DNA of 64,000 nucleotides from Camelus dromedarius (Eukaryota), in NCBI RefSeq assembly GCF_036321535.1, contig NC_087447.1, positions 32,552,001-32,616,000 of the forward strand, read 5' to 3'. A model generated the notes under the pieces. The model was not told the DNA's origin. It saw only the letters and a list, made by a program, of their open reading frames with translations, and did no database searches. This document shows, piece after piece, positions 42,996 through 54,128 of the stretch (its first letter is position 1; every line of letters begins with the position of its first letter). The position numbers and the translations under genes were made by a program.

Positions 42996-44294
42996 TTACT
43001 CACCATCAGGCCCTTCCTGGTCCAGGGGCTTGCACTGAGTAACCAGTAGTTGTAGCTTGATTGACTCTATTCGTGAACTGATAAAATGAGTAAAGAAAGT
43101 AAGGATGCAAGGACCAAACAATAGTGCTAGAAGGATCATAAGGAGAGGGCCTGCTAGGGGGAGGAGCCAGGAGGCCCAACTCCAGAGGTTATCCCATTGT
43201 GCCCGGGAATTTGCTAATTCCTGGTTTCTGCATTCAGTTCGATCTCACAGTTGTTGGACCGTATTTCTGACGACCTCTGATTGATTTACATAGAAACAGC
43301 ATTCCTCATTTAGGAAGAGACAGAGTCCCCCCTTTTTGGCAGTGAGCAGCTCTAAACCCATCCTGTTCTGTAGGACTACTGCTGCTAGGGAGTCCAGCTG
43401 GTTTTGTAGAGCCATTAAGGACTCAGCCACTTGTTTTAAGTCTTCAGTGACCTCAACAGATAACTGCTGGTACTAATAGGATGATGAGGCTATTCCTCCT
43501 ATTCCTGTGCCCACTCCAGTTGCTATTCCCAGACCAATGAGTAGTGGTATTAGTTAGATGGCCCTTTTTGATCGAGTACGGGCCATCAGGGGTGTGGGGA
43601 GGCTTTGGTTGTTAGGTATTATGTCCATCTGAGGGGTAAGGAGGGCCAATGTGCAAGTGCCTGTCCACTTGACTGGCAGGCACTGGTAGGCATGCGTTCT
43701 GCATACAAAAAGGTTCCTGGGCTCAGTGTGCACCAGGGTTGGGCAGACATACAGCCATCAACAGCTGTGCAGTTATGGTTTTGGGCATACTGGGTGGTGG
43801 CCAGATTTCCCACAGAATGTTTTGTCCCTGGGGTGTAGATGCAGTCAGGAGCTGTATGGGCCAATTGTACGTTGACTGACTTGGGGCTTCCATCTGCAGA
43901 GTCCGGGGACCACCCAGGGCGGCCATTAAACTTGGTTAGATTTGCGAGACCTAACAGGGTGACTACATGCTGGAGGGGGCCGGGACGCAGGCAGATCCAG
44001 CAATCACTTGCTAATTGAGGGTTAGTAGCATTAAGAAGGTGATGAACTTTGCTCAGTAAGTGGCTTAATTTGGGGTCCAGTTATAAGGCCGTAGTGTGGG
44101 CCTAGGTCTATTTTTTCTTACCCAGTCCACCCCAGGTCTACAGAAGGGCCCTTCGCTTGTGGGCCGGGGCTTTTGCCTGGGGAAAAGGTTCCCGCCAGAT
44201 GCAAATTGGTGAATGGGTCCCATTGGAGCCCCCGTCATTGAAAGAGATATGTCAGCAACTACTTTACAAGCAGCAAAAGGGTTTGGGGTTTCAT
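42996..44294 (-). pseudogene. env: env pseudogene (gamma-type SU+TM)
   Basis: LNATNPQLASDCWIC (CXXC, 44002-43991), furin RSKR (43574-43563), fusion peptide LIPLLIGLGIATGVGTGIGG, ISD LQNRMGLELLTAKKGGL, CX6CC CLFLNEECC, TM anchor, stop at 42996; internal stops; start codon uncertain. Confidence 0.92.
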
Positions 44295-44354
44295 TCTTCC
44301 TAACAGGGAGATATGGTTACTACAGCAGACATTGAATGACCATTAGGCTTCCCA

Positions 44355-44492
44355 CTATAGAGAGAATACAGCTAGTATTAGTCTCTGGCCTGTGTTCCAA
44401 TCCTGGGGTGCGGTGGCCGCCAGTCCTAGAGCTAGCAATACAGCAACAACACTGATAAGTAAAATGAAATAAGGGTGGCAGAGTGAATTCAT
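44355..44492 (-). CDS. Putative small hydrophobic ORF (45 aa) between pol and env
   Basis: ATG 44492 to TAG 44355: MNSLCHPYFILLISVVAVLLALGLAATAPQDWNTGQRLILAVFSL; translated by hand, below the ORF track cutoff. Confidence 0.45.
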   Translation of the reverse strand: MNSLCHPYFILLISVVAVLLALGLAATAPQDWNTGQRLILAVFSL

Positions 44493-44514
44493 TTATATCT
44501 TGATAGGCAAATCC

Positions 44515-47500
44515 TCACGCTTCCTCCGTGCATTGACTAGCCAGCCTCCGGGTGTGGCTAGAGCAAGGCTCGGTGCTCTCTGGCAGGTGACGCGGGCGTT
44601 TCTGGATCCTGATTTTAAGTGGCTCTCCGGGAACCTGGTCAACTCTACAGACATCCTCGTCTGGCAGTGGCACTGCTCTCTTTACTCTGGTGTGATGAAT
44701 CCATGGGGTGATACCTGCAACTTTGAGAGCTGTTGGGGTGGTTAATATAACTGGGTAGGGGCCCTTCCAAGTGGGTTAGAGGGACTTCTTTTTCCAATCC
44801 TTTACCCAGACTTGGTCCCCAGGTTTGTATGGGTATAACACTGTTCCCAGTGAGACTGGGATCCTGTCAGTTCCCCACCTATGGACTTCCCACTTAGTCT
44901 TTCTGAGGCCCTGCATTTGCTTATGAAGTTCTAAGCTTCCCACTTCCCTAATACCTTCTCCTAGTCTAATTAGGGGAGGGGGTCTCCCATATAGGGTTTC
45001 AAAATGGGAGAACCCTACCTTGGGCGGAGGGGCACTGTGTCCCCGCAAGAGAGGCAGAGGCAAAATGTCAGTCCAAGGTAGCTGGGTTTCCTGACTGAGT
45101 TTGGCCGTGACCTGCTTTAGGGTTCGGTGCATGCACTCTGCTTTCCCTGAGCTCTGGGGCCTGTTGGCCGCATGGAGACTCCAGTGGATGTTTAGCGCTT
45201 TTTCCACTTGTTGCACTATCTCCGCCACAAAGGCAGGTCCGCTGTCTGACTCTGATCCCAAACCTGGGAGTAATGTCTCTGAGTAGGGCCTTTGTTACTT
45301 CTCTCACCTTTTCAGTCTATGTCGGATATGCTTCTACCCACCCTGAAAAGGTGCAGACAAAAATCAGCAAGTATTTGTATCTTCTGCTAGGCCCTATTTC
45401 TGTGAAATCCACTTCCATATCTTCAAAAGGAGCCTGGCCACAGCGCTGGATTGCCCTGGGCCTAGTTGGCCCCTGTTTCACATTGTTCTGGGCACACACG
45501 AGGCAGCACAGCGAAACTGAGGCACAGAGGGATGGAAGCTGAGCATTCAGATAGTACCATCCAGCAGGGCCTCTAAGGCAGTCTTTCCCGGGTGGATGAG
45601 CTCATGTTGCTGGAGGACCACATGGTGGGCTAATTGTTCAGGTATGTATATCCACTTGTCAGACATCACCCACCATCCTTCCTTTCCTTTGGTTCCTCCT
45701 TCAGTTTTGGCCCCTGAGTTTTCCTCTCAGCTGTGTCTCGGAGGTGGTGGTAGTTCGGGTGCTAGCAGAACCTCTGCGATGGTCCCAGGATCTCTGGTGT
45801 GGCCTGACTGACTTGCCGCTTCTCGCGCAGCCTGATCTCCTCGTCGGTTTCCTCTGCTTACGGGGTCATCTCCCTTCTGGTGTCCCTTGCAGTGGATGAT
45901 CAGTACCTCTGTGGGCTCCCAAACTGCCTCTAACAGTTGTAATACCTCATCTTTATTTCTGATCTCTTTTCCCCCGGCTGTTAACAGACCCCTTTCTTTA
46001 TATATGGCACCATGTATATGTAGGGTGGTGAAGGCGTACTTAGAGTCTATGTAAATGTTTTCCCTCTCGCAACACCTGGATGAGTGCCCATATTTCTGCC
46101 CTCTGTGCCGACCAGCCCTGTGGTAGGGGTTCGGCCTTTATTGTCTTGTGTGCCGTGGTCACCGCATATCCTGCCTTGCGTTGTCCATCCTGCATGTAGC
46201 TACTCCTGTCTGTAAAAAGTTCAAGTTCAGGATTCTGGAGCAGAATATCAGACAGATCAGGCCTGCTTGAGTAGACTTCCTCTATTACCTCATCACAGTC
46301 GTGGTCAGGTGGTCCCTTTCCCTCAGGCAGGAAGGTGGCTGGGTTCAAGGTTCACACCATCTCCAGGCAGATCCTGGGGTTTTTTCACAAAGGATCCCTT
46401 GGTACTGTGTCATTCTAGTGTTGATCAGCCATTGATGCCCCTGGCTGTTCATCAGGGTGGTGACTGTGTGTGGAACCTTCACACTGACAGTCTGTCCAAG
46501 GGTGAGCTTGTCTGCTTCCTTGACCAGGGTTACTGTTACAGCCAGTGCTCACAAGCATGGTGGCCACCCTGAAGCTACTGGGTCCAAACACTTTAACACA
46601 TAGGCCATGGGCCACTGCCAGGGCCCCATTGCTTGGGTGAGGACCCCTAGGGGTGAATGGTTCTTCTCATGGATGAACAAGCTGAATTCTCTTGTCATGC
46701 CTAGTAGCCGCAGTGCTGGGGCCCTGGTCAGCAGTCTTTTGGTCTCATTGAATGCTTCTTCCTGCTTGGGTCCCCAGTCCAAGGGTTCCTCCCCACATCC
46801 CGTGGTGGCTTCATACAAGGGCTTGGCTATGTTTGAGAAACCAGGGATCCAGATTTGGCAGAACCCTGCTGCCCCCCAGGAATTCTCGGATCTCCCTCTT
46901 GGTGCTGGCCACGGTATCGCACAAACGGCTTGTTTCCCCTCCAGGTCCAAAGCCTGGTGCCCTCCCGAGACAATGAACCTGAGATATTTGACAGTAATCT
47001 GTGCCTTTTTCCAAGAGACCTTATAGCCAGCATCCGATAGCAGGGCTGACAGGGCCTGAGTTCCCTTCCAACAGTCCTGCAGATGAGAGCTGCTCAATAA
47101 CAGGTCATCTACATACTGTAGCAGGTTTAAAGCGTCTCCCAGGAAAGCAGTCAAGTCTGTGGCCAGTGCTTCCCCAAACTGGGTGGGTGAGTTTTTAAAC
47201 CCTGTGGTAGGCGAGTCCAGGTCAACTAGGTTTTCCTGCCAGTATGGGAGGAATATTTGTTGACTGACCAGTGCCAGCCTGAGACAGAAGAAAGCATCTT
47301 TGAGGTCTAGGCAAGTGAATCACTTGGATTGGGCCGGTTGGAGGCTCAGAAGAGTGTATGGGTTCGGGACCATGGGTGTATCGTGGTCGCAGTACTGTTG
47401 ACTATTCGAAGTCCTGCACTGGCTTATAGTCCTTTCCTTCCGCCTTTTTGACAGGCAGAAGGGGCTTGTTCCATGGAGATTGGCACTCTGTGAGAATTCC

Positions 47501-48117
47501 CTCATCACGCAAACGCTGGATGTGCTTCAGAATTCCCAGGCTGGCTTCCCTGGGTATGGGGTACTGTCGCAGCCTGGCTGGGATTGCACCCAGTCATAGA
47601 TCTGTTACCAGTGGTGCATGGTTTTGGGCCAGTCCGGGAGGTCCCCCTTCTGCCAAGATGGAGAGGAATTCCTCCCGCAGAGAGTCAGGGTTTGTCTGAG
47701 CGCTTTCTGTTTGGTGTAGGCACCATTCTTCTTCTCGTTGTACGGTCACCATCATGAACAAAGCTTCCTTCCCTCTCAGAGTCAGATGTGTTTGTTTCCC
47801 AGGAGAGAACGTTATCTGAGCCCCCAGTTTATGGAGTAAGTCTCTTCCCAAGAGGGGGATGGGACATTCTGGCAGGTATAGAAACTCATGAGTGAGCAGA
47901 TGTCCTCCCAGCTGGCATGAATGAGGACAGCAAAACGGGCGAGCAGCTTGGTCCCCAGGGGCTCGTATGATAATTGCCTCTTTCTCAGTCAGGGGAGCCA
48001 CAGGTTTGGTCACCACCAAATGTTCTGCACCTGTGTCCACCATAAATGTCATCAGTTGGCCCGCCACCATCTTGACTGTGGACTCCTGGGGGCCAAGGAG
48101 CAGGGAGCCCGGTCCCC
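44515..48117 (-). pseudogene. pol: pro-pol pseudogene (protease, RT, RNase H, integrase)
   Basis: MVDTGAE; LDLKDAFF; TWTRLPQG(fs)FKNSPT; LQYVDDLLL; FTDRSS...SAQRAE; EVDFTE, SDSGPAF, RPQSSGKAE; WKGPY...WIHHTRVK; stop TGA 44515; multiple frameshifts. Confidence 0.96.
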
Positions 48118-49693
48118 AAGTCTGAGTCCAACCCTGCCAATCTGATGAGGTCCCTCAGAGGGGCTCGGGTCGGTACTTTACTTTGCTGGCCGGGGGTTTT
48201 CTCTGTGGTAGATTCTTTGCCTCTCCGTGATGAGGGCACTCATTTTTCCAGTGACCAACCTCCTTGCAGTACGCACATTGGTCCTGCCTCAGTGGGGCGT
48301 TTGCATGGGGCCCCTTTTCCACAGTGGGATGGGATGCCGGTTTGGGTCAGGACTCCCTAGTGTCACTGCTAACAGGGATGCTTTCTGTTTCATCTGTCTG
48401 TCAGCTTCTCGTTGGGCTTCGTGGTCTGTTTATGAAGATCTTGTTGGCCACCTCCAGCAGTTGAGTGGAATTCATTCCAGCAAAACCTTCCAGCTTTTGG
48501 AGTTTTCGGCCGATGTCGGCATAGGACTGGGCCACGAAAGCAGCATTGACCATTCTCTGGTTTTCAGGGGCCTCAGGGTCAAACGGTGTAGAACTGAAAA
48601 GCTTCGTGCAGCCTCTCATAGAAGTCCGTGGGGGACTCATCCGGCTTTTGGATCTCCGTGATGGTCTTGGACATGGTAGTTGGCTTCTTTGCCCTGGCTC
48701 GCAACCCATGCAGAAGGGCGCTCCAATATTCATGCAGAGCCTCTTGTCTGGCTTGAGTGTTAAAGTCCCAGTTTGGCCTCGTTTCTGAGGCTGCATTCCA
48801 GGCCCATCCCTCTGCATCCATGGTTCCCTCCGGGGCCTGCTCTTGTAGCCATTTTCTAGTTTCTGTCAGGATTCGCTTTCTTTTTTCTGTATTGAAGAGT
48901 GTCAGGAGCAGCTGACGGATGTCGTCCCAAGTCAGTTGGTGGATCTAGAAGATGGACTCTAGGAGGTCAATCATGGCCTAAGGTTTCTCTGAATACGGCG
49001 GAGTGTGGTGTCACCAGTTCAGGAGGTCTGTCCTACTGAAAGGCTGGTAGTATTGGATCGAGTGGCCGGGCTGCACGGAGCCATCATCGTTTATTTGTTG
49101 GGGCCCTTGGGTCTCCCAGAGAGGCATCCAGAGGGTGGCCACTGGCTGGGTGTCCTGTTGGGCTGAACAGAGTCTCCTCCCTATGGGTTCCTGGCTTGGA
49201 GCCTGGGGTTGTGGTGGTGGGGACTCAGACAGAGATGGACTATCCAATAGAGACGGCTGTGGTGGAGCCGTAGGAGCAGAAGGACCATATGGTGGGGGCA
49301 TTAGTGGTTCTTCTTCAGGATACCCCTGAAGGATTGGTTTCGTTGCACCTTCCTTTTTCACCTTCACTGTCTGGGCCTACACTGTCCCTGACCATTTGTG
49401 CAGAACTGGACCCACGGGGGCAAGACTGGGCAATTGTCAGCCAAGAGTCAATATATGGGAATTGGTTGGGATGCCCTGGGGTCCCAGTAATTACTTGGTA
49501 TACAGCTCGGACAGTTGGCATGTCAAGCGTGCCTTCCGAAGGCCATCCCACTCCAAAGGTGGGCCACTCTTAACTCATACAATGTGCACAATCTTCCTGG
49601 TGTCAATTTAATACCATAGTCTCCTGAGAGGCCCTTTTTGAAATTTTTAATCATGCAGTCCAGAACTGTCAGCTTTGACTTTGAGGCCCCCAT
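48118..49693 (-). pseudogene. gag: gag pseudogene
   Basis: MGASKSK myristoylation start, WPSEGTLD matrix motif, PPPY, MHR IQKPDESPTDFYERL, single CCHC knuckle CAYCKEVGHWKNEC (~48235-48277); frameshifts and stops. Confidence 0.95.
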
Positions 49694-50951
49694 TATTATT
49701 TGACAGATTTTATGGCTATAGACGTGGGTCTGCTTCTGGCGCTGTGGATGGTGACCATCGTATCTCTGTTTCCTCCACTCCTCGAAACAGTGGAGCTCCC
49801 AAAAAGCCTCTTGTCTCACTGGGTCTAGTATCTGCTTGGCTGTAAATGCTTCCAGTGAGTCAGGGTTCCACGTCCGGCAGGCATCCCTGAGGCTCTCCCG
49901 GGCCTGGACGAGTTCTAGGGGTCCCCGCACAAAGTCTTCTCTATAACCTGAACCAACAAAACACGGGGCCAGGATGTGGGCTGGTGGCAGAACAAATGGA
50001 CCAAAAAGGGGGCCTCAAAAGAGGGCGCAGCCAGCCCTGGGGAGGCTCCCTCTGACTCAGGTCTTGAGGTCTCAGTATCAGACAGAAGGGGCAGTACTGA
50101 GGCTGGTTCACTAGTCACGACAGGATAACTTGAGGTCTGATGACACGGTCGCATCTGAAACTTCCTCAAAGTAGTCTCATCCTAGTCCCTGAGGGCACAA
50201 GGGTCGTTTACTCACAGGCTGTTCTAGTCCCTTTCCCTCCCTATTTAGCCACCCTGTGCTGGTGTCGCAGACGAGACAAAGGGAGGGCTTTCGCTGCATC
50301 CGCCTGGCCACTCCCCTCGCGGGGACAACGGTGCCTCTTAGCTTTGGCGGGTCAGTATAAACCGCTGATTTCGATGGATACCCCTAGGGGTCAATTCCGC
50401 CATGAGCCATATGAGGTCACAGCAGAACCGCAGGTTGGGACTCACTCGAACTGCATAGCAGAATGCCGTGGAGCTACAGACTTGAACCTGAAGTGCAAGC
50501 GAATCAGGTCACACACACATGCATGCAAACACTCAGAGGTTAATTGCACATTTCCCTCCCAATTCTCCGGGGCATTCTAAACCTGATCTTTCCATCCAGA
50601 ATACCGTCAGATGGGAAGACTGACCTGATTTCCCCGTCCGGAATACCTTCAGACAGGGAAGCCTGAAGGAGGTGATCAACCTCCTCTTCTGTTTACTGGG
50701 ACAGGACCTAAATAACCTGAATATGGATGCTTCCTGGGGCTCCTACCTTGTCTGGACACGTTGCCTGGTGAGTTGGTCCATCCCTCCACTGAGTCCGATC
50801 GGGGTTCAGCTGCCCAGAGTACTGAATCACCTCCGTGAAGAAGAACCCAAAATACTGTTGGGTGGCGCCCCGCCTCGTTCGCTTTCAGAGTTCTCGACCT
50901 CCAGGCAGTTTCTCCGCTGCCCTGGTGGCTCAAGGGACTGGCATGGTTGGA

Positions 50952-50969
50952 ATCTCCCTGGGGCCTTAG
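50952..50969 (-). promoter_or_regulatory. Primer binding site, tRNA-Thr-like (degenerate)
   Basis: Minus strand ctaAGGCCCCAGgGAGAT just after the 5' LTR, versus recalled tRNA-Thr(TGT) PBS TGGAGGCCCCAGCGAGAT. Confidence 0.7.
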
Positions 50970-50972
50970 AAA

Positions 50973-51438
50973 TGTTACAGCAAACTGTTACAGCATAGTG
51001 TTACAGCAACCTGGATCCTGGTGAGAGACCAAGCGACATTCGGAGGGTTGAAGAACTCAGGTTTATTATTCCAGCGGGCCCAGAGGTGTTAACACTCCAA
51101 GCTCTGGACCCTGTTTGTAGGTTTACACAGGCTTTTATAGGTTACTAGTCAAGACTTTGCAACATTTTGCAACATCGTATGCAAATAAGGTGTTAGAAGT
51201 GGACCAATTTGGAGTGAACTTTATGCAAATGAGGTGTTAGAAACAGTCCAATCAGGAGTGGGCTTTGGAAACCAATAGAATCTTAGGGGTAAGTTCCGTT
51301 CTCCCAGAAGCAATCTGTTTTACAGAAGCACAAAAAGCAAGATAACGCCGCCGGGCCAGGGAACCATATGGTGCCGGCGGGAAAGCAGTGGCCCTGCCTG
51401 GCGGTCCTGCCAGTCTTTTCATGGGGCTTCCCACCTCA
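50973..51438 (-). repeat. 5' LTR with TATA box, CCAAT boxes and octamer motifs
   Basis: TG...CA; TATAAAA on minus at 51139-51133; AATAAA on minus ~51062; ATGCAAAT at 51179 and 51223. Confidence 0.95.
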
Positions 51439-51709
51439 ATCTAAGTCAGTCCAGCAAACTCCCCAGGGTGGTGTTTCAGTAAAAAGATGCACAGCAGAAG
51501 GGTTTTTAGGTGGTTATAATTCTCCAGCCTTTGGAGCATCTGATTCTCATCAGTTGAATGAATACGGGAAGCAGCATTTCTATTGAATCATAAAAATTCT
51601 CCACATGTGTTTGTGTATATAAGGGGGCAGGGAGATTAAGACCTTGTTTCCAAATTGATATTCATTAAATGCTGTTATGCAGAATGTTAATTAGTAAATC
51701 AAACAAAAA

Positions 51710-51845
51710 GAGGACAGTATAGTTCAGTGGTAGAGTACATGCTTAGCATGAATGAGGTCTAGTTCCCAGTACTTCCACTGAAAAATAATAAATAAATAAA
51801 CAAACAAACAAACCTAATCTCCCCCTCCCACAAGGAAAAAAAAGT
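51710..51845 (+). mobile_element. tRNA-derived SINE (camelid Vic-1-like)
   Basis: A-box tatagttcagtggtagag, gcttagcatgaatgaggtc, (aaat/aaac)n linker, then cctaatctccccc and A tail. Confidence 0.75.
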
Positions 51846-53689
51846 GATAAAAAACCCAGACAGAAAGGATTCAATACACAAATAATTTGGAAAAATGTGC
51901 CCATGTATTACAGACCTCCTTTGAGAGCTTACTATGCTGATGCACCCCGTAAATCTCTAAGAAATGTAAAATCCTATTAGGACATGTAGAACCAGAGCTA
52001 GCCTGGAGTTGGCTCACATTAGCATCGGGACCAATGACCAGTAGCACAATTCCCACTGGAAGTATAAAGGCTGAAAGAATTCTGCAAGCATTGCATATGT
52101 CTTTACCATCTGGAGGAGCACAATATGATTGTCAATGCTGCCTTAAGCCTTCTGAATTCCCAGACTAGTGCTTTGTGTCATAACTTCTCTTCTGATATCA
52201 TGAATCAGACTTTGACACCCTACACTTACAACATTCCATTTAGTTGCCATGATGTATTTAGTATATATCAGCAAGAGACTATTATGGACTCGGTGTGCAT
52301 GTGCATGCATGTATGTGTGTGTTTTCTCTTTTCACAAGACAGATCACCAGCAGAGTTCTTTGCTATTGTGTGAGTGGTAAATGCCACAGTGAACAGTCAT
52401 TTATTGTACCCCAAATTGTTATTGGCATTAATAACTGGAACTATGGCTGGATTTGTTGTGTCAGCCAGACATATTCCCGCTATTAACTTTTGGATAACCG
52501 CAGCAGCTTGTCTAATGAAAAATAATGACTTTAAAACAAAGAACAAATAATTTGATTCCACCGAGAAGCCAGTAACAGAAAAGCAAGGCATCCTTTCCAA
52601 GTTCCCACATTTCCTGCAGCACTAGTTTTGAATGACTTTATTAGCTATGTCTCTGTAGCAGTGTGGGAGACAAAAATTAGTATGAATATCTTTTTCCCTT
52701 CACCCCTTAGGCCTCTAACGATCTGAACAATGCATTTGAAATGGTAGACTGTGGCATTCTATTGGATAAATTAACCTCCTCGTGTATGATGCTCAACTCA
52801 AAAATGGATCGCAGCATCACAACATATGCAAATCTAATAAGCTAAACACACTTGCCTTTTGTGTGTGTGTGTGTATGTGTATGTATAAGAGGAGAGATAT
52901 TTCCATTCCTCATAGTAAATTATGAGAAATAGGAAACAGTTGCATTTTCAACTCAAAAGGAGATTTTTTTTTTTTTTTTTGCATATTACCGTGCCTATTC
53001 TAAATGTGCAGTCGCAAAATGGCATCTTGGCTTAAAAGGCACACCAGTTTGATTGTGTGGATTATAAAGTCATTTATTTATGCACCCATTTGTACACAGT
53101 CTTCATTGCTGCAGCATCTGGGAGTCTGACATTACTTAAAAAACACAATTAAATTTGAGTACCTCATACTGGAACCTTATTATAAACTTGTTATTTCCCT
53201 TTCCTTAATTTCATCCCATTACTCCTAATTATAGTTTTCTATCATAAACAGTTCTTCAATTATTTCCTCCCCCACTGGGGAATTCACAGCCAGAGATGAA
53301 ACCTTTCTTTCTTCCTTGCACCCCTATTTTAGTCTCCTGAACAGTGGCAATGAGGTCCATGAGGCCATGCTTTTTCTTCTATACATGTAAAACATTTCTG
53401 TGAGAGGGACTCCTTAAAGAACAAAGGTCCTGCTCAGGTGAATGTAATTTATCTGTAAATAAATGCAGGTTCAAAAACAAATGACGCTGGCAGTCAGCTT
53501 TACTTTTAATTTTTGCTAGAGTCCAGGTGAAGTTGTTCATTTTCTCTAAGACCCTGTTTCCTTACTTGTAAAATGTACATAGAATTTTGTTCCACCTGTT
53601 TCACAGGGGTGTTTTGAGCTAATATACCAGAAAAATGCTTTTAAATCATGAAGTCTTATTCAATGTTAGTAGAAAGCACCACGTAGCAA

Positions 53690-53900
53690 GTGTGTGTGTA
53701 GCTTTGTGTGCTAGGCGCTGTACTAGGGAATGCATGCATGTTCTTTTACTGTCTCCTTCCCACGACTCTTTAATCCCATTTTCAGATGAGCAAAATGAGG
53801 CATAGAGAGGTAAAGCAATCTACCCAAGGTAAAAATGAACACATAAATATAGAGAAGCAGGGCTGGAATTAAAATACAGGTCATCTGACTCATAGTAGCA
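53690..53900 (-). mobile_element. MIR SINE
   Basis: cccattttcagatgagcaaaatgaggcatagagaggtaaagcaatctacccaaggt. Confidence 0.75.
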
Positions 53901-54059
53901 GAACTGAAGGTATCCACCATCTGTATTCATGAAACAGAGCTGTATGGGTGCATGAAAGGTGATCAAGGTAGGGATATTATTCATACTTGAGTCATGAAAA
54001 ATGTGATACTAAACTGAACCTTCAACAGTAGGCTGGGTTTGGAAATATAGAATTGGTAT

Positions 54060-54128
54060 TGTGATGGTTAATTTTTTGTGTCAACCTGAGCAGCCATGGT
54101 GCCCAGATTAAATTAAAGATTGTTTCTT
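54060..54128 (+). mobile_element. MLT2 (ERVL) LTR 5' fragment
   Basis: tgtgatggttaattttttgtgtcaacctga...ggtgcccagat. Confidence 0.7.

Larger units (their letters stand above)
42511..51438 (-). mobile_element. Full-length class I (gammaretrovirus-like) endogenous provirus, decayed
   Basis: Paired LTRs, PBS, PPT, and gag/pro/RT/RNaseH/IN/env motifs in canonical order. Confidence 0.98.

Noticed and set aside
42996..44294. Co-opted syncytin-like env
   Set aside because: Multiple in-frame stops (including right after the furin site) and frameshifts.
44515..49693. APOBEC3 hypermutation of the provirus
   Set aside because: Only isolated TGG>TGA changes seen; many Trp codons are intact and the decay looks like ordinary CpG and indel drift.
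44500..50998. Plus-strand (antisense) ORFs within the provirus, e.g. 46607-47026, 48227-48661, 50140-50580
   Set aside because: GC-rich antisense shadows of gag/pol/leader with no motifs; no evidence for an HBZ-like gene.
51710..51780. tRNA gene
   Set aside because: B-box degraded and followed by a SINE-type tail; it is a tRNA-derived SINE.
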